DNA from: Planctomycetota bacterium
Lineage (GTDB): Bacteria; Planctomycetota; Phycisphaerae; WQYP01
Direction of reading: 5' to 3'
Length of the DNA stretch: 24,680 nucleotides
Assembly (NCBI GenBank): GCA_021818565.1
Contig: JAKATV010000366.1
Span: forward strand, 1 to 24,680
Under the pieces are notes generated by a model. It was not told where the DNA came from, made no database searches, and saw nothing but the letters and a program-made list of their open reading frames with translations. Both the position numbers and the translations under genes were made by a program. Below are positions 15,479 through 24,680 of the stretch, piece by piece. Each line of letters starts with the position of its first letter. The stretch's first letter is position 1.

Positions 15479-16480
15479 ATGAAAAATGATTCTTCTACCG
15501 GCTGTCCCGCGACAACTGGGATAAGCCGGAAAATTCGGGCTTTTACGCTGATCGAATTGCTGGTGGTTATTTCCATTATTGCCCTGTTGATTTCGCTTTT
15601 GCTCCCCGCGCTGGCTCAGGCCCGGGCGGATGCCAATGCGATTGTGTGTGAAAGCAACATTCGGCAGCTTCTTACCAGCCTGCGGGAATATGTGCAAACC
15701 AATGACAGTACGTTCCCACTTAATGGAATTCTGTTTCCTCATCCCGCAAATAGCGCAACAAACCCGACTGCTCAGGAAACCAGCGTCTGGGACTCCTTAG
15801 CAGATTACAATCTTTATTATGGTGCCTTGTATCCATATCTGGCCGGTGTTCCCCAGGCACCCATGGTGCCGAACCTGCTGGGTTATGGAAGTTCGGCACC
15901 GGCGGGCAGTGTAGCGGCAACCTTAAATCTCAATCCACTGCACAACCGTTTTGCCCGCATTTTCATGTGTCCGGTGGATAACGGCATTCGCACCAGCGCC
16001 CAGGCCCTGCGGCTTGCCCCGGATGGCAGGACTGTATTGTATGGGCCTGGCAATGGCGGATTCTGGAGCTATTCCATCAATTCCCTGCTGAATTCACAAT
16101 CTAAAGTTCTGCCTACCATCTTCGGCAGTGGTGCCGGCGGCGGTTCCGGAACCTACACGACGCCGTGGAGTTACCCTATCCGTGATTCCACCATTACCAA
16201 CCCGCGATTCCTTGTGTTTATTGAAGAATCCGCGCAAAAATCATTATTTAATGATGAGGTCATGGATCCGATCGGCTATAACGCCGGTGATTATTTAAGC
16301 TCTCGGCATAACGGCGGAGGTAACCTCGGATTCTGGGACGGCCATGTTGAATGGATGTCGCAGGTGCAGTATCACAATGCGCCCAACGCCATGGGCGGCG
16401 GAGCTTCGGGTTCGGTAGCCTTTGAAACAGCCATGCAGGATCCGCTGTTTCGCATGTTTGTGCCGGACGCCAATAATTAG
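15479..16480 (+). CDS. Prepilin-type N-terminal cleavage/methylation protein with DUF1559 and H-X9-DG motif
   Basis: AFTLIELLVVISIIALLISLLLPALAQARADA...C.SNIRQL and C-terminal RHNGGGNLGFWDGHV. Confidence 0.93.
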   Translation: MKNDSSTGCPATTGISRKIRAFTLIELLVVISIIALLISLLLPALAQARADANAIVCESNIRQLLTSLREYVQTNDSTFPLNGILFPHPANSATNPTAQETSVWDSLADYNLYYGALYPYLAGVPQAPMVPNLLGYGSSAPAGSVAATLNLNPLHNRFARIFMCPVDNGIRTSAQALRLAPDGRTVLYGPGNGGFWSYSINSLLNSQSKVLPTIFGSGAGGGSGTYTTPWSYPIRDSTITNPRFLVFIEESAQKSLFNDEVMDPIGYNAGDYLSSRHNGGGNLGFWDGHVEWMSQVQYHNAPNAMGGGASGSVAFETAMQDPLFRMFVPDANN

Positions 16481-17157
16481 CGTTTCCGCAGCAGCACCGT
16501 GCTGCCGCCTTTGACTTGCTGCCCGGTTTGCACCAGTGATTCCCACGTATCGGCATCGGGGACAATTAATTCGGTGCGGCTGCCAAAGGCGATCATGCCG
16601 AAGCGTTCACCGCGCTTGAGTTGTGCTCCGATGGTAATGGGGCAGATGATCCGTCGGGCGATGGCACCGACAATCTGCCGGACAACCGCAATCGGCGGAT
16701 GATCAGGAGCCGCGGAGGCTTTAAGTATCAGCGTGTTAGATTGGTTGCGTATTCCGGCCTGCAGGTTGCGGGCATCAAGAAATTCCCCCGGCTCAAAATG
16801 TACAGATGCGACAACGCCATCACACGGACTTCTATTAATATGCACATCCAATACGCTTAAGAATATGCCAATACGCAAAGCCGGGCCGCCGAACGCTTCG
16901 TGACGTTCCAATCGGGTAATTTCAACAACTTTGCCGTCAGCCGGGGAAACCATCAGGCCGGGTTGATCCGGAATATAACGGGGCGGATCGCGAAAAAACA
17001 ACATACATGCCAGCGTTACAAGCGCCATCAAGCCGGAGAGAACCGGCGTGACAAAATAAAGCATCCCGATTAATAACAGGCCGGCAACAAGCATGGGCAG
17101 CCAATAGCGCCAGCCGAAAAGAGAAAGTCCCAGCCACCGCGGATCTTTACCGTTCAT
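16477..17157 (-). CDS. psd: Phosphatidylserine decarboxylase proenzyme (short type)
   Basis: ATG 17157 with GAGG SD, overlapping the speA end. FFRDPPR, VSPADGKV, IFLSVLDVHINRSP and FGMIAFGSRT (G-S pyruvoyl cleavage site). Confidence 0.93.
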   Translation of the reverse strand: MNGKDPRWLGLSLFGWRYWLPMLVAGLLLIGMLYFVTPVLSGLMALVTLACMLFFRDPPRYIPDQPGLMVSPADGKVVEITRLERHEAFGGPALRIGIFLSVLDVHINRSPCDGVVASVHFEPGEFLDARNLQAGIRNQSNTLILKASAAPDHPPIAVVRQIVGAIARRIICPITIGAQLKRGERFGMIAFGSRTELIVPDADTWESLVQTGQQVKGGSTVLLRKR

Positions 17158-19147
17158 GGGGTTCCTCAAGGTAGGTATAACCTTGCAGGCCGGAATCGTA
17201 GAAGCGCAGCAACAGTGCGGATTCTTCAATGGATATGGTTTTTTCCCGCACGGCCCGTTCCACATCCTTGTGCATGCGGGCCATGAGTTCATCGGCATTA
17301 AACTGCACATATTGCAGCACTTCCCGCACCGAATCGCCGCGGACTAATTCATCCACATGAATCTCGCCGTTTTCCGCCAGTTCCACATGCACGGCATTGG
17401 TATCCCCCAGCAGATTATGCAAATCGCCGAGAATTTCCTGATACGCGCCGACCAGAAATGCCCCGATAAAATAATCCGAGCCGTTGTATTCATGCAGTTC
17501 CAAGGTCTTTTTAACGTCCCGCAAGTCGATAAAACAGTCGATTTTGCCGTCGCTGTCGCAGGTAATATCCGCCAGGACTCCCCGGCGGGTGGGTTCTTCC
17601 GCCAGACGGTGAATGGGCATCACGGGGAACAATTGTTTAATGGCCCAGGAATCCGGCATGGACTGAAACAACGAGAAGTTGCAGAAATAGGTATCAGAAA
17701 GCTGTGATTCCAAGGTTTCAAAATCATCGCCGACGTATTCAATTTCCTTAAGCACCTTCAAGATTTTGCCGCACACGCTCCAATAGAGTTTTTCAGTGAG
17801 ACTGCGTAATTCCAGGCTTAAATAACCGAGATTGAACAAGTTCAGGGCCTCATCGCGCTGCTGCGAGGCATCATGATATATTTCCAGAAAATTCTTTTTG
17901 TTGACATCTTTCCACGAATCAAAAAGGTCTTTGACCGGTTGCGGAATATCCTCACCCGCCGGCAATTCATGCGGTACGTCAAAATAGTCAAATCCGCTGA
18001 CGCCCAGGACGTTAAATACCAACAGGCTGTGGTAGGCGACCATCGCCCGGCCGCTCTCGCTGATAATCGTCGGATGCTTGACGCCGCATTCATCGCACAC
18101 CGATTGAATTCGGAAGATCACATCGCCGGCATATTCGCGCAAAGTGTAATTGGTGGAAGATTCAAAATTGGTCTGGCTGCCGTCGTAATCCACACCCAGG
18201 CCGCCGCCGACATCCAGATACTCCATTCCCGCCCCGGCCCGAGCGAGTTCACAGTAGACCCGTGCGGCCTCGTTGAGGGCATTTTTGACGGTGCGAATAT
18301 TGGTGATCTGGCTGCCGAGATGGAAATGCAGCAGCTTCATACAGTCCTGCATGTTGCGTTCTTTAAGATATTCCAAGGCCCGCAATATTTCCGCGACAAA
18401 AAGCCCGAATTTGCTGCGTGCTCCGCCGGAGGACTCCCAGCGGCCGCTGCCGCGCGTTGCGAGTTTTACGCGCATGCCCATTTGCGGGCGCACGCCGTGC
18501 TTTTCACCATATTTAATCAGCAGTTCCAGTTCGGTGAATTTTTCAATGACGGGAATAATTTTTTTCCCCAGCTTTTGCGCCAGGACCACGGTTTCAATAA
18601 ACTCATCATCTTTGAATCCGTTGCAGATAATGGGCGTGTCCTTGCCGTTGGTCAGCGCCAGCACCACCAACAACTCCGGTTTGCTGCCGGCTTCCAGGCC
18701 CCAGCCGTACTGCGCGGCAACTTCCAGAATTTCCTCTACGACATGGCGCTGCTGATTGACCTTAATCGGGTAAACACCGATGTATTTACCCTTGTAATTA
18801 TTTTCCTGAATAGCGCTTTGAAACGCATCATTCATTTCGCCCATGCGGTGCCGCAGAATGCCGCTGAAGCGCACCAAAGTCGGCAATTGAATATCGCGCA
18901 TAATCAATTGATCCACCAGCTTTTTCAGATCAATGGAGCGTTGCGGATTTTTTTCCGGGTGTACGGCGACATTCCCCTGGGGATTAATGGAAAAATATCC
19001 CTTGCCCCAGTTATTGATGCCATAGGTATCAGCGGCATCTTGAAGGGACCATGCTGAAGCGAGATTCATCACCGTGTTGACTCCCGGTTTATGGGCACTG
19101 CCCGTCACCGCATCCGATTTGCCGATTCCCAAGTCTGCGCCAACCAT
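17147..19147 (-). CDS. speA: Biosynthetic arginine decarboxylase
   Basis: YGINNWGKGYF, VYPIKVNQQ (PLP lysine), GLEAGSKPEL, CNGFKD, HFHLGSQI, DVGGGLGVDYDG, NFSLFQSMPDSWAI, DITCDSDG and GAYQEILGDLHNL. The true start may be ATG 19069. Confidence 0.97.
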   Translation of the reverse strand: MVGADLGIGKSDAVTGSAHKPGVNTVMNLASAWSLQDAADTYGINNWGKGYFSINPQGNVAVHPEKNPQRSIDLKKLVDQLIMRDIQLPTLVRFSGILRHRMGEMNDAFQSAIQENNYKGKYIGVYPIKVNQQRHVVEEILEVAAQYGWGLEAGSKPELLVVLALTNGKDTPIICNGFKDDEFIETVVLAQKLGKKIIPVIEKFTELELLIKYGEKHGVRPQMGMRVKLATRGSGRWESSGGARSKFGLFVAEILRALEYLKERNMQDCMKLLHFHLGSQITNIRTVKNALNEAARVYCELARAGAGMEYLDVGGGLGVDYDGSQTNFESSTNYTLREYAGDVIFRIQSVCDECGVKHPTIISESGRAMVAYHSLLVFNVLGVSGFDYFDVPHELPAGEDIPQPVKDLFDSWKDVNKKNFLEIYHDASQQRDEALNLFNLGYLSLELRSLTEKLYWSVCGKILKVLKEIEYVGDDFETLESQLSDTYFCNFSLFQSMPDSWAIKQLFPVMPIHRLAEEPTRRGVLADITCDSDGKIDCFIDLRDVKKTLELHEYNGSDYFIGAFLVGAYQEILGDLHNLLGDTNAVHVELAENGEIHVDELVRGDSVREVLQYVQFNADELMARMHKDVERAVREKTISIEESALLLRFYDSGLQGYTYLEEPHER

Positions 19148-19211
19148 TTCATGACCCCTGTTGCCTGATGCCCTGAACGCTTGAGCACGTACACTTCAGC
19201 GTACCCGCCAT

Positions 19212-19565
19212 CTAAGCGTCATCGCCGCTCCCACAGCCAAAACGCTTGCCTACCTCATCCAGCCAGGCGCGCACCGCCGACTGGTTCACGTAAAAATAAA
19301 CGCTATTGCACTGCCGGCGGCATTTTACCAGACCGGCGGTTCGCAGCAGCTTTAAATGGTGCGAGACCGTGGGCTGGGTCAGCCCCAGTTCCTGGGCTAA
19401 CTCAATGACGTTGTACATATCTTCACAAATAGCCTCACGCGGGAGAATTTCCATGATACGCACACGCGTGGGTTCGCCAAGGGCACTAAAAATTGCGGCA
19501 AAATTCTGATCATCCCATTGAAACCGGGACAACTTCCGCAATTTAGCCGCGATGTGTTTTGCCAT
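19212..19565 (-). CDS. ArsR/SmtB-family transcriptional regulator
   Basis: ATG 19565. FSALGEPTRVRIMEIL, NVIELAQELGLTQPTVSHHLKLLRTAGLV and the wing RRQCNSVYFY. Confidence 0.9.
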   Translation of the reverse strand: MAKHIAAKLRKLSRFQWDDQNFAAIFSALGEPTRVRIMEILPREAICEDMYNVIELAQELGLTQPTVSHHLKLLRTAGLVKCRRQCNSVYFYVNQSAVRAWLDEVGKRFGCGSGDDA

Positions 19566-19581
19566 AACCCAGCTTCCTGCA

Positions 19582-21195
19582 TCACGCCCCCGCCGGCGGC
19601 AACGCCGGCAGGACAAACGTCTTGACCACTTCAATCCCCGAATCTTTCTGCAACGCCGTCAGGCACTCCGCCGTCGGCGACGCATCGAGCTTCAGCAACA
19701 TCAGGGCTTTATCTCCCTTGCGGCTGATGGTCATATCGGCAATGTTGATTTTCTGCTGTCCGAAGGTGTTGCCCACAAACCCAATGACACCCGGACGGTC
19801 TTTGTTGACAATCAGGGCCATAGCGCCTTCCGGCACCATATCCATCCAGTAGCCCTTGATCGCCAGCACGCGCGGCAAATTATCCGCAAATACGGTTCCA
19901 ATCGTGGAATGCCGCTTATCACCTTCCGTGATTTCCAGTTCAATGCTGTGCTGAAGCGTGCGTTGCATCGCCTGCCCCATAGTCTCCTGCCGGATGCTTA
20001 TGCCGCGCTGCTCCGCCAGGTGCAGCACGTTGACGACATTGGGAGTCTGGTCAACATGGCCCTTTAGTAATTCAATGACGGCCAGACGCTGCAAGGTGGC
20101 GGCAATGCGTTTGGGCAATTCGCCGTTGGTGCGCAACGTAATGGAGTTGAAGCCCTTTTCCGCAATCGCCCCCAGAATAATGCCCATACGTTGGGCCAGA
20201 TCAGCATACGCCTTCTCCGGCGCTGAAAGATTCATCTCAATGCCGCCGGCATTCACCGCACCTTCAATGCCCTTGCCCCGCAGGTACAACAGAATTTCAT
20301 TGACCGCATCAATGGATACCGCCGTTTGGGCTTCATTGGTACTGGCACCTAAATGCGGGGTCAGCAGCACTTTATCTCCCAGGGCAAACAGAGGCGAATC
20401 CTTGGCCGGCGGTTCGGTTTCAAACACATCCAATGCAGCCCCGGCCACATGCCCGGAGGCAATGGCCTCCGCCAAGTCTTTCTCACTGATCACGCCACCG
20501 CGGGCACAATTGATAAACCGCACGCCCTTTTTGCACAGAGCGATTTTGGAGGCGTCAATAAGTCCTTTGGTTTTATCCCCCGGTACATGCACAGTGACGT
20601 AATCACACTGCGGCAACAGGGATTCAAGATCATGGGTCATGGAGACTTGGCCATCCAGTGCGTTATTGGCGAAGAAAAATGGATCAAACGCCACAACTTT
20701 CATTTCCAGACCCAACGCCCGCTTGGCCACCGCGCGGCCAATGCGGCCAAAACCAATAATGCCCAGTGTTTTGCCCGCCAACTGCGTGCCCATATATTTG
20801 TTGCGTTCCCACAATCCCGCCCGAACGTGGGCATCCGCCGGGGCCAGCTTCCGCGACAGGGCCATCATCAGCCCTATGGCATGTTCCGCCGTGGTAATGG
20901 TATTGGCGTCCGGCGTATTCATTACCAATACGCCCGCTTTGGTAGCGGCTGTGACGTCCACATTATCAACGCCAACTCCGGCCCGGGCGATGGCTTTGAG
21001 CCGACCGGGATTTTCCAGCTCGGCCGCTTTAATTTTCACGCCGCTACGGATAATGGCTCCATCGTGCTTGCCGATTTCCGCCGCCATTTCTCCGGGATTC
21101 CACTTGGGTTTATTGGTCAACTCCACATCCGGTTGCGCCTTTAACAGTTCCAGGCCCTCTTCGGCGATTTTGTCTGCTACGAGAATTTTAATCAT
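19582..21195 (-). CDS. serA: D-3-phosphoglycerate dehydrogenase (long form with ASB and ACT domains)
   Basis: IIRSG, ARAGVGVDNVD, NTITTAEH, LGIIGFGRIG, INCARGG, ALDVFETEPP, TPHLGASTNEAQ and NKDRPGVIG. ATG at 21195. Confidence 0.96.
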   Translation of the reverse strand: MIKILVADKIAEEGLELLKAQPDVELTNKPKWNPGEMAAEIGKHDGAIIRSGVKIKAAELENPGRLKAIARAGVGVDNVDVTAATKAGVLVMNTPDANTITTAEHAIGLMMALSRKLAPADAHVRAGLWERNKYMGTQLAGKTLGIIGFGRIGRAVAKRALGLEMKVVAFDPFFFANNALDGQVSMTHDLESLLPQCDYVTVHVPGDKTKGLIDASKIALCKKGVRFINCARGGVISEKDLAEAIASGHVAGAALDVFETEPPAKDSPLFALGDKVLLTPHLGASTNEAQTAVSIDAVNEILLYLRGKGIEGAVNAGGIEMNLSAPEKAYADLAQRMGIILGAIAEKGFNSITLRTNGELPKRIAATLQRLAVIELLKGHVDQTPNVVNVLHLAEQRGISIRQETMGQAMQRTLQHSIELEITEGDKRHSTIGTVFADNLPRVLAIKGYWMDMVPEGAMALIVNKDRPGVIGFVGNTFGQQKINIADMTISRKGDKALMLLKLDASPTAECLTALQKDSGIEVVKTFVLPALPPAGA

Positions 21196-21236
21196 GTTAG
21201 AAAATCCCATTCCAATTCAACAACTACCAATACCAA

Positions 21237-21264
21237 TCCGGAAGTCGGTAAAAAGCTCTTCCGG
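21237..21264. repeat. 8-12-8 inverted repeat TCCGGAAG..CTTCCGGA in the serA leader
   Basis: Read directly; it lies between the putative -10 and the serA start. Confidence 0.5.
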
Positions 21265-21271
21265 AATCAAG

Positions 21272-21299
21272 GAGTATAGGCCAAAATACGCCCACGGCA
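21272..21299 (-). promoter_or_regulatory. Putative sigma70 promoter of the serA operon
   Basis: Minus strand TTGCCG, 16-bp spacer, TATACT. Confidence 0.45.
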
Positions 21300-21405
21300 A
21301 AGCGACTTGCAGCACGCAATGTGCCGGCGCGCTTGCGGCACTCAACTTCCTCCCATGCAGGGCCATATTTTTAGCCGACCCACCAACAATGGGCGGGTGG
21401 CTGGG

Positions 21406-21807
21406 TTAATACCGACGAACCGTCTGATCCACCAGTAAGCTCCACGCTTCAATGCCCCCGGCCATAGACTTAACCCGCGCGAAGCCGGCCTGCCGCAACC
21501 AGGCTGCAGCCCGCAAGGACCTTGCCCCGTGATGGCAATGCACCACCATGTGCTTATCGCGCAGGCTTTCCAGTTCGGAGAATCGTGCCGGCAACTGATC
21601 CAATGGGATCAGTAAAGCGCCGTCAATGCGTGCCATATCCCATTCTTTCTGTTGTCGCACATCCAGTATGAATATCTCGGTTCCGGAATTTTTCATTTGA
21701 TGTACATCCAATGGATGCACCTCCCATTCCGGGTTAATCGTGATCTTTGGTGCGGCGGATGTGGAGCCGCCGTGAAACCGTGTGGAACCGGGCAGTGAAT
21801 CAGCCAT
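21406..21807 (-). CDS. Rhodanese-like domain protein (similar to the MoeZ/MoeB C-terminal domain)
   Basis: ILDVRQQKEW..ARIDGALLIPL, active loop VVHCHHGARS and SMAGGIEAWS..VD..VRRY. ATG 21807 with GGAG SD. Confidence 0.92.
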   Translation of the reverse strand: MADSLPGSTRFHGGSTSAAPKITINPEWEVHPLDVHQMKNSGTEIFILDVRQQKEWDMARIDGALLIPLDQLPARFSELESLRDKHMVVHCHHGARSLRAAAWLRQAGFARVKSMAGGIEAWSLLVDQTVRRY

Positions 21808-21839
21808 ACTATTTTCTCCAATTCTTCGCGCCAATAAAC

Positions 21840-24680
21840 TTACGCGTCGTCACGATTATTATAGCTTATGGAACCACTATTCTTAAGTAAATCCCGGTCA
21901 ATGGCTCCGACCAAATCCGTAAGCGCCTGTGTCCATTGTTCCATATCATCCACTCCTACCCGTTCCAAATGATGATCGTAGCGCTGATGCATCCATTGGT
22001 GTCGGTTAGCAGCAATTTTAAATTCCGCGAGTTCTCCATAACGCCCGCGCCGGAGGTCAAACCATTTGGTCAGCAAACACTCCGCCATAGGTAGTACCGT
22101 CCAGCGGCCTAAATCTTCACCATCATTTTTCCGCATAAGCCGGAGTTGTTGGGCGCGGGCTACCTGAAATGCCAGCAGTGGCAAATCTTCCGCGGGATAA
22201 ACCGGTGGCCAGATTGCGGCGGTCAGCTTCAGACTGGAAGCCCAATGTATGAAGTCGTTCTGCGGCATAGGTTTGCCCAGTAAGTGCCCTTGAATTCGCT
22301 GGCCCCCCAAACGCAGCCATGTGGCCAGTTCCTGCCTGGTTTCCACCCCCTCGGCAATCGGCGACACCTGGCATAGCGTGGCGAACTGCATCATCGAGAT
22401 GGCCACCGCGAGATGCGACGGATCATGGAGCAACCCGCGAATAAATTCCTGGCCCAGCTTTAATTCCTGCACGGGAAGGGAAGCGGCATAAAGCAGCGAG
22501 GTATAACCGGTGCCAAAATCGTCCAGACTGGTGGACATCCCGCGTGATTTTATGCCCGCAAGATGCCGCGCGGCCAACGGAAGATTCCGCAATGCCAGGC
22601 TTTCGGTCACCTCCAGCCGCAGGAACGATCGATCTTTCAAATCGCCGATCAATGTATCCAGATCTTCGAGAAAATCGGGTCGCAGCAGATGCATAGCTCC
22701 CACATTGACACTAAGCTTAATGTCCATGTCGGCGTTCAAGAATTTTTGCCGTAACATCAAAGCCGCGGAAATCGCCGACCGATCCAGCGCCCGCATTAAG
22801 TCCGGATCTCCTTCGACAACAGAAATGAATTCTCCAGGTGATATCCAGGTGTCACCTTCGCGCCAGCGGGCCAGGAGTTCTACTCCCTCCAACTTGCCGG
22901 TGCGCATGTCGGCCTGCGGCTCAAGAAAAAATTCAATGCGCCCCGCCGCCAGTGCGGCTGGAAAGTTCTGACGAATGCGAAAGCGGTTTTCAATTCGTTC
23001 CGCCAGCGCGGATTCAAAAATTTCTATTGAATGCGGCCCTTCCTTGGCGTTATACAGTGCCGCGTCCGCATGGCGCAATAAGCTGGCGCGGTCGGCCTTG
23101 TCCAATGGGTAAACGGTGAACCCCAACCGCGCTGCGACCGAGATATTCTCTCCATTCCAGTCTATGGGTTGCTGCACGGCCTCAAGCAACCGGTTAGCCG
23201 CTTCCGTAAGGTTGTCCGGCGCTTTAAGATTTAAGAGAAGACTGAACTCGTCGCCGCCGAGCCGGGCCGCGGCATCTCCCGATCTCAGGGTCGCGACGAT
23301 TCGCGCCGCCACGGTTTTCAACAGGTCGTCGCCGGCCGCATGGCCGAGGGTATCATTAACTTCCTTGAAATTATCCAAGTCCATCATGCCGATTGCCAGA
23401 AAATTCCCGGTCCGGTCCACCCGTCCCAGCGCGGCGTTGGTTGTTTGTTCAAAGTAGGCCCGGTTGGGCAGCCCGGTAAGCGGATCATGGATCGACAAGT
23501 GTTCCAAACGGTTTCGCTGGCGGTGGGACCGCAGCGCCACGCCGGCGTTATTTGCCAATTGCGTCAGGAGTTTCTTTATATCCGGTGTAAAAAAACTGCC
23601 CTGCCGCGCTATCACCACCAGTACAGCTTCCGGTCGGCCGTCCAGGCCCGGAATTGGAAAACCCCCAAATCCGCCTTGCCGATATTTTCTGACATTATCT
23701 ATCCAAGGCGTCAGATGCGGATCATGTCGGGCATCGGCGATGGTGACACACGCGTTGAGTCTGTAGACCTGTCCGGTAACACCCCATCCCTCGGGTTTTG
23801 TTGGATCAATACTGACCGTTGCCGGCAAATGGCAGCTCTTATCTGAACCGCTGCTAACAATACGCGCCAACGTATGTTGCGCGTCAATGACGCTCACATA
23901 CGCCAAAACCGCGTCCGTGGATTGCATAATGATTTCCGAAAGCAGTTTGTATATCTCTTCCGGAGCCGGCGCGCTAAGCAACATTTGATTGACCTTCTCC
24001 AGGGCCTGTTGGCACCGCTGTAACCGTTTTAAAGCGCGATCGGTTTGAATCCGCGTGAGCGCTGCGCCAATATCCGCAGCCAAGCGGGGGAGCAATTCTT
24101 CGGCTCCAAACGGAAAGGGAGCGGCTTGAGTGCGATAAATACTTAATAAGCCGCGAAGTCCGTCGTGGGTTTGGAACGGCGCGGAGATCGAACCGGTAAT
24201 ACCAAAGTGCCGAATGCGCGCAACCCAGGGACTGAAAGAAGGATCCGGATTGCTCCAATCACAGACCACTACCTGGCCTGTCGCCAGGGCAACGCCGCCA
24301 GGTCCGTGTCCCTCCGCCCGCGTGGGCAAACTGTATATGCGCAACTTTCGAGCATAAGCCGCCACCGGGCCCGCCGCCGCGCGGATACGCAGCCAGTGTG
24401 TGTGCGAATCAACTGTTCCCACCCACACCAGGGGCAATTGGAGCCGCTTTTCCAGCGTATGAACCGCCGCATGGAGCAATGTGGATACGGATGTGGAGCT
24501 GCTTAGTACCTGATTGGTAATTCGCAGGGCGTCATAAAATCCCTCGCGCAATTGGATTCCAGACAGGTGTGCCCGGCGGTACCCCGCCAATTGCCAGCCC
24601 TCGTCAAGGTGTATCCGCTTGTAAATCGCGCTGCGGAGAAGTTCTCGATCCTCCGGGGGTATTTTCAGTAACGTTCGATT
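21840..24680 (-). CDS. Diguanylate cyclase/phosphodiesterase: (possible globin-like)-GAF-GAF-GGDEF-EAL-(CZB-like); 5'-partial
   Basis: HDPLTGLPNR, MDLDNFKEVNDTLGHAAGD, RLGGDEF, VELLARW, DDFGTGYTSL and IAEGVET. The frame has no stop from 24590 to the window edge (NRTLLKIPPEDRELLRSAIYKRIHLDEGWQ...), so the gene starts outside the window. Confidence 0.92.
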   Translation of the reverse strand, partial: NRTLLKIPPEDRELLRSAIYKRIHLDEGWQLAGYRRAHLSGIQLREGFYDALRITNQVLSSSTSVSTLLHAAVHTLEKRLQLPLVWVGTVDSHTHWLRIRAAAGPVAAYARKLRIYSLPTRAEGHGPGGVALATGQVVVCDWSNPDPSFSPWVARIRHFGITGSISAPFQTHDGLRGLLSIYRTQAAPFPFGAEELLPRLAADIGAALTRIQTDRALKRLQRCQQALEKVNQMLLSAPAPEEIYKLLSEIIMQSTDAVLAYVSVIDAQHTLARIVSSGSDKSCHLPATVSIDPTKPEGWGVTGQVYRLNACVTIADARHDPHLTPWIDNVRKYRQGGFGGFPIPGLDGRPEAVLVVIARQGSFFTPDIKKLLTQLANNAGVALRSHRQRNRLEHLSIHDPLTGLPNRAYFEQTTNAALGRVDRTGNFLAIGMMDLDNFKEVNDTLGHAAGDDLLKTVAARIVATLRSGDAAARLGGDEFSLLLNLKAPDNLTEAANRLLEAVQQPIDWNGENISVAARLGFTVYPLDKADRASLLRHADAALYNAKEGPHSIEIFESALAERIENRFRIRQNFPAALAAGRIEFFLEPQADMRTGKLEGVELLARWREGDTWISPGEFISVVEGDPDLMRALDRSAISAALMLRQKFLNADMDIKLSVNVGAMHLLRPDFLEDLDTLIGDLKDRSFLRLEVTESLALRNLPLAARHLAGIKSRGMSTSLDDFGTGYTSLLYAASLPVQELKLGQEFIRGLLHDPSHLAVAISMMQFATLCQVSPIAEGVETRQELATWLRLGGQRIQGHLLGKPMPQNDFIHWASSLKLTAAIWPPVYPAEDLPLLAFQVARAQQLRLMRKNDGEDLGRWTVLPMAECLLTKWFDLRRGRYGELAEFKIAANRHQWMHQRYDHHLERVGVDDMEQWTQALTDLVGAIDRDLLKNSGSISYNNRDDA

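Noticed and set aside
17873-19057. 394-aa plus-strand ORF (also 18273-18755)
   Set aside because: Antisense shadow of speA with no motif.
21365-21405. Hairpin after the rhodanese stop as an intrinsic terminator
   Set aside because: On the coding (minus) strand it is followed by A residues rather than a U-tract.
19958-21409. Plus-strand ORFs of 214-263 aa
   Set aside because: Antisense shadows of serA.

Overview
Bacterial chromosomal window, most likely Planctomycetota, possibly Phycisphaerae (inferred from the DUF1559/H-X9-DG prepilin protein, the BatA-vWA/DUF58 pair and a small Zn-ribbon membrane protein; no search was run). It is mostly housekeeping and carbohydrate genes. In order: BatA/vWA (partial), DUF58, rsmD, dnaB, a small Zn-ribbon protein, a 5'-truncated DUF1016/YhcG PD-(D/E)XK nuclease, a menaquinone late-step cluster (ubiA/mqnP-like, ubiX, an unknown 108-aa gene, menG/ubiE), an ASCH protein, a divergent GH29 fucosidase and GH2 pair, a PIN/RHH-like toxin-antitoxin pair beside a probable IS66 remnant, a DUF1559 pseudopilin, psd, speA, an ArsR regulator, serA, a rhodanese and a GAF-GAF-GGDEF-EAL protein that runs off the right edge. 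The most unusual structure is at 4425-5530. A 29-35 bp DNA palindrome that encodes the peptide IGQQAVAQL occurs twice inside the YhcG nuclease gene and once more, identical over 30 bp, just downstream of the stop codon. The two exact copies therefore bracket the nuclease domain as direct repeats. No rRNA, tRNA, CRISPR array or intact transposase/integrase is supported.
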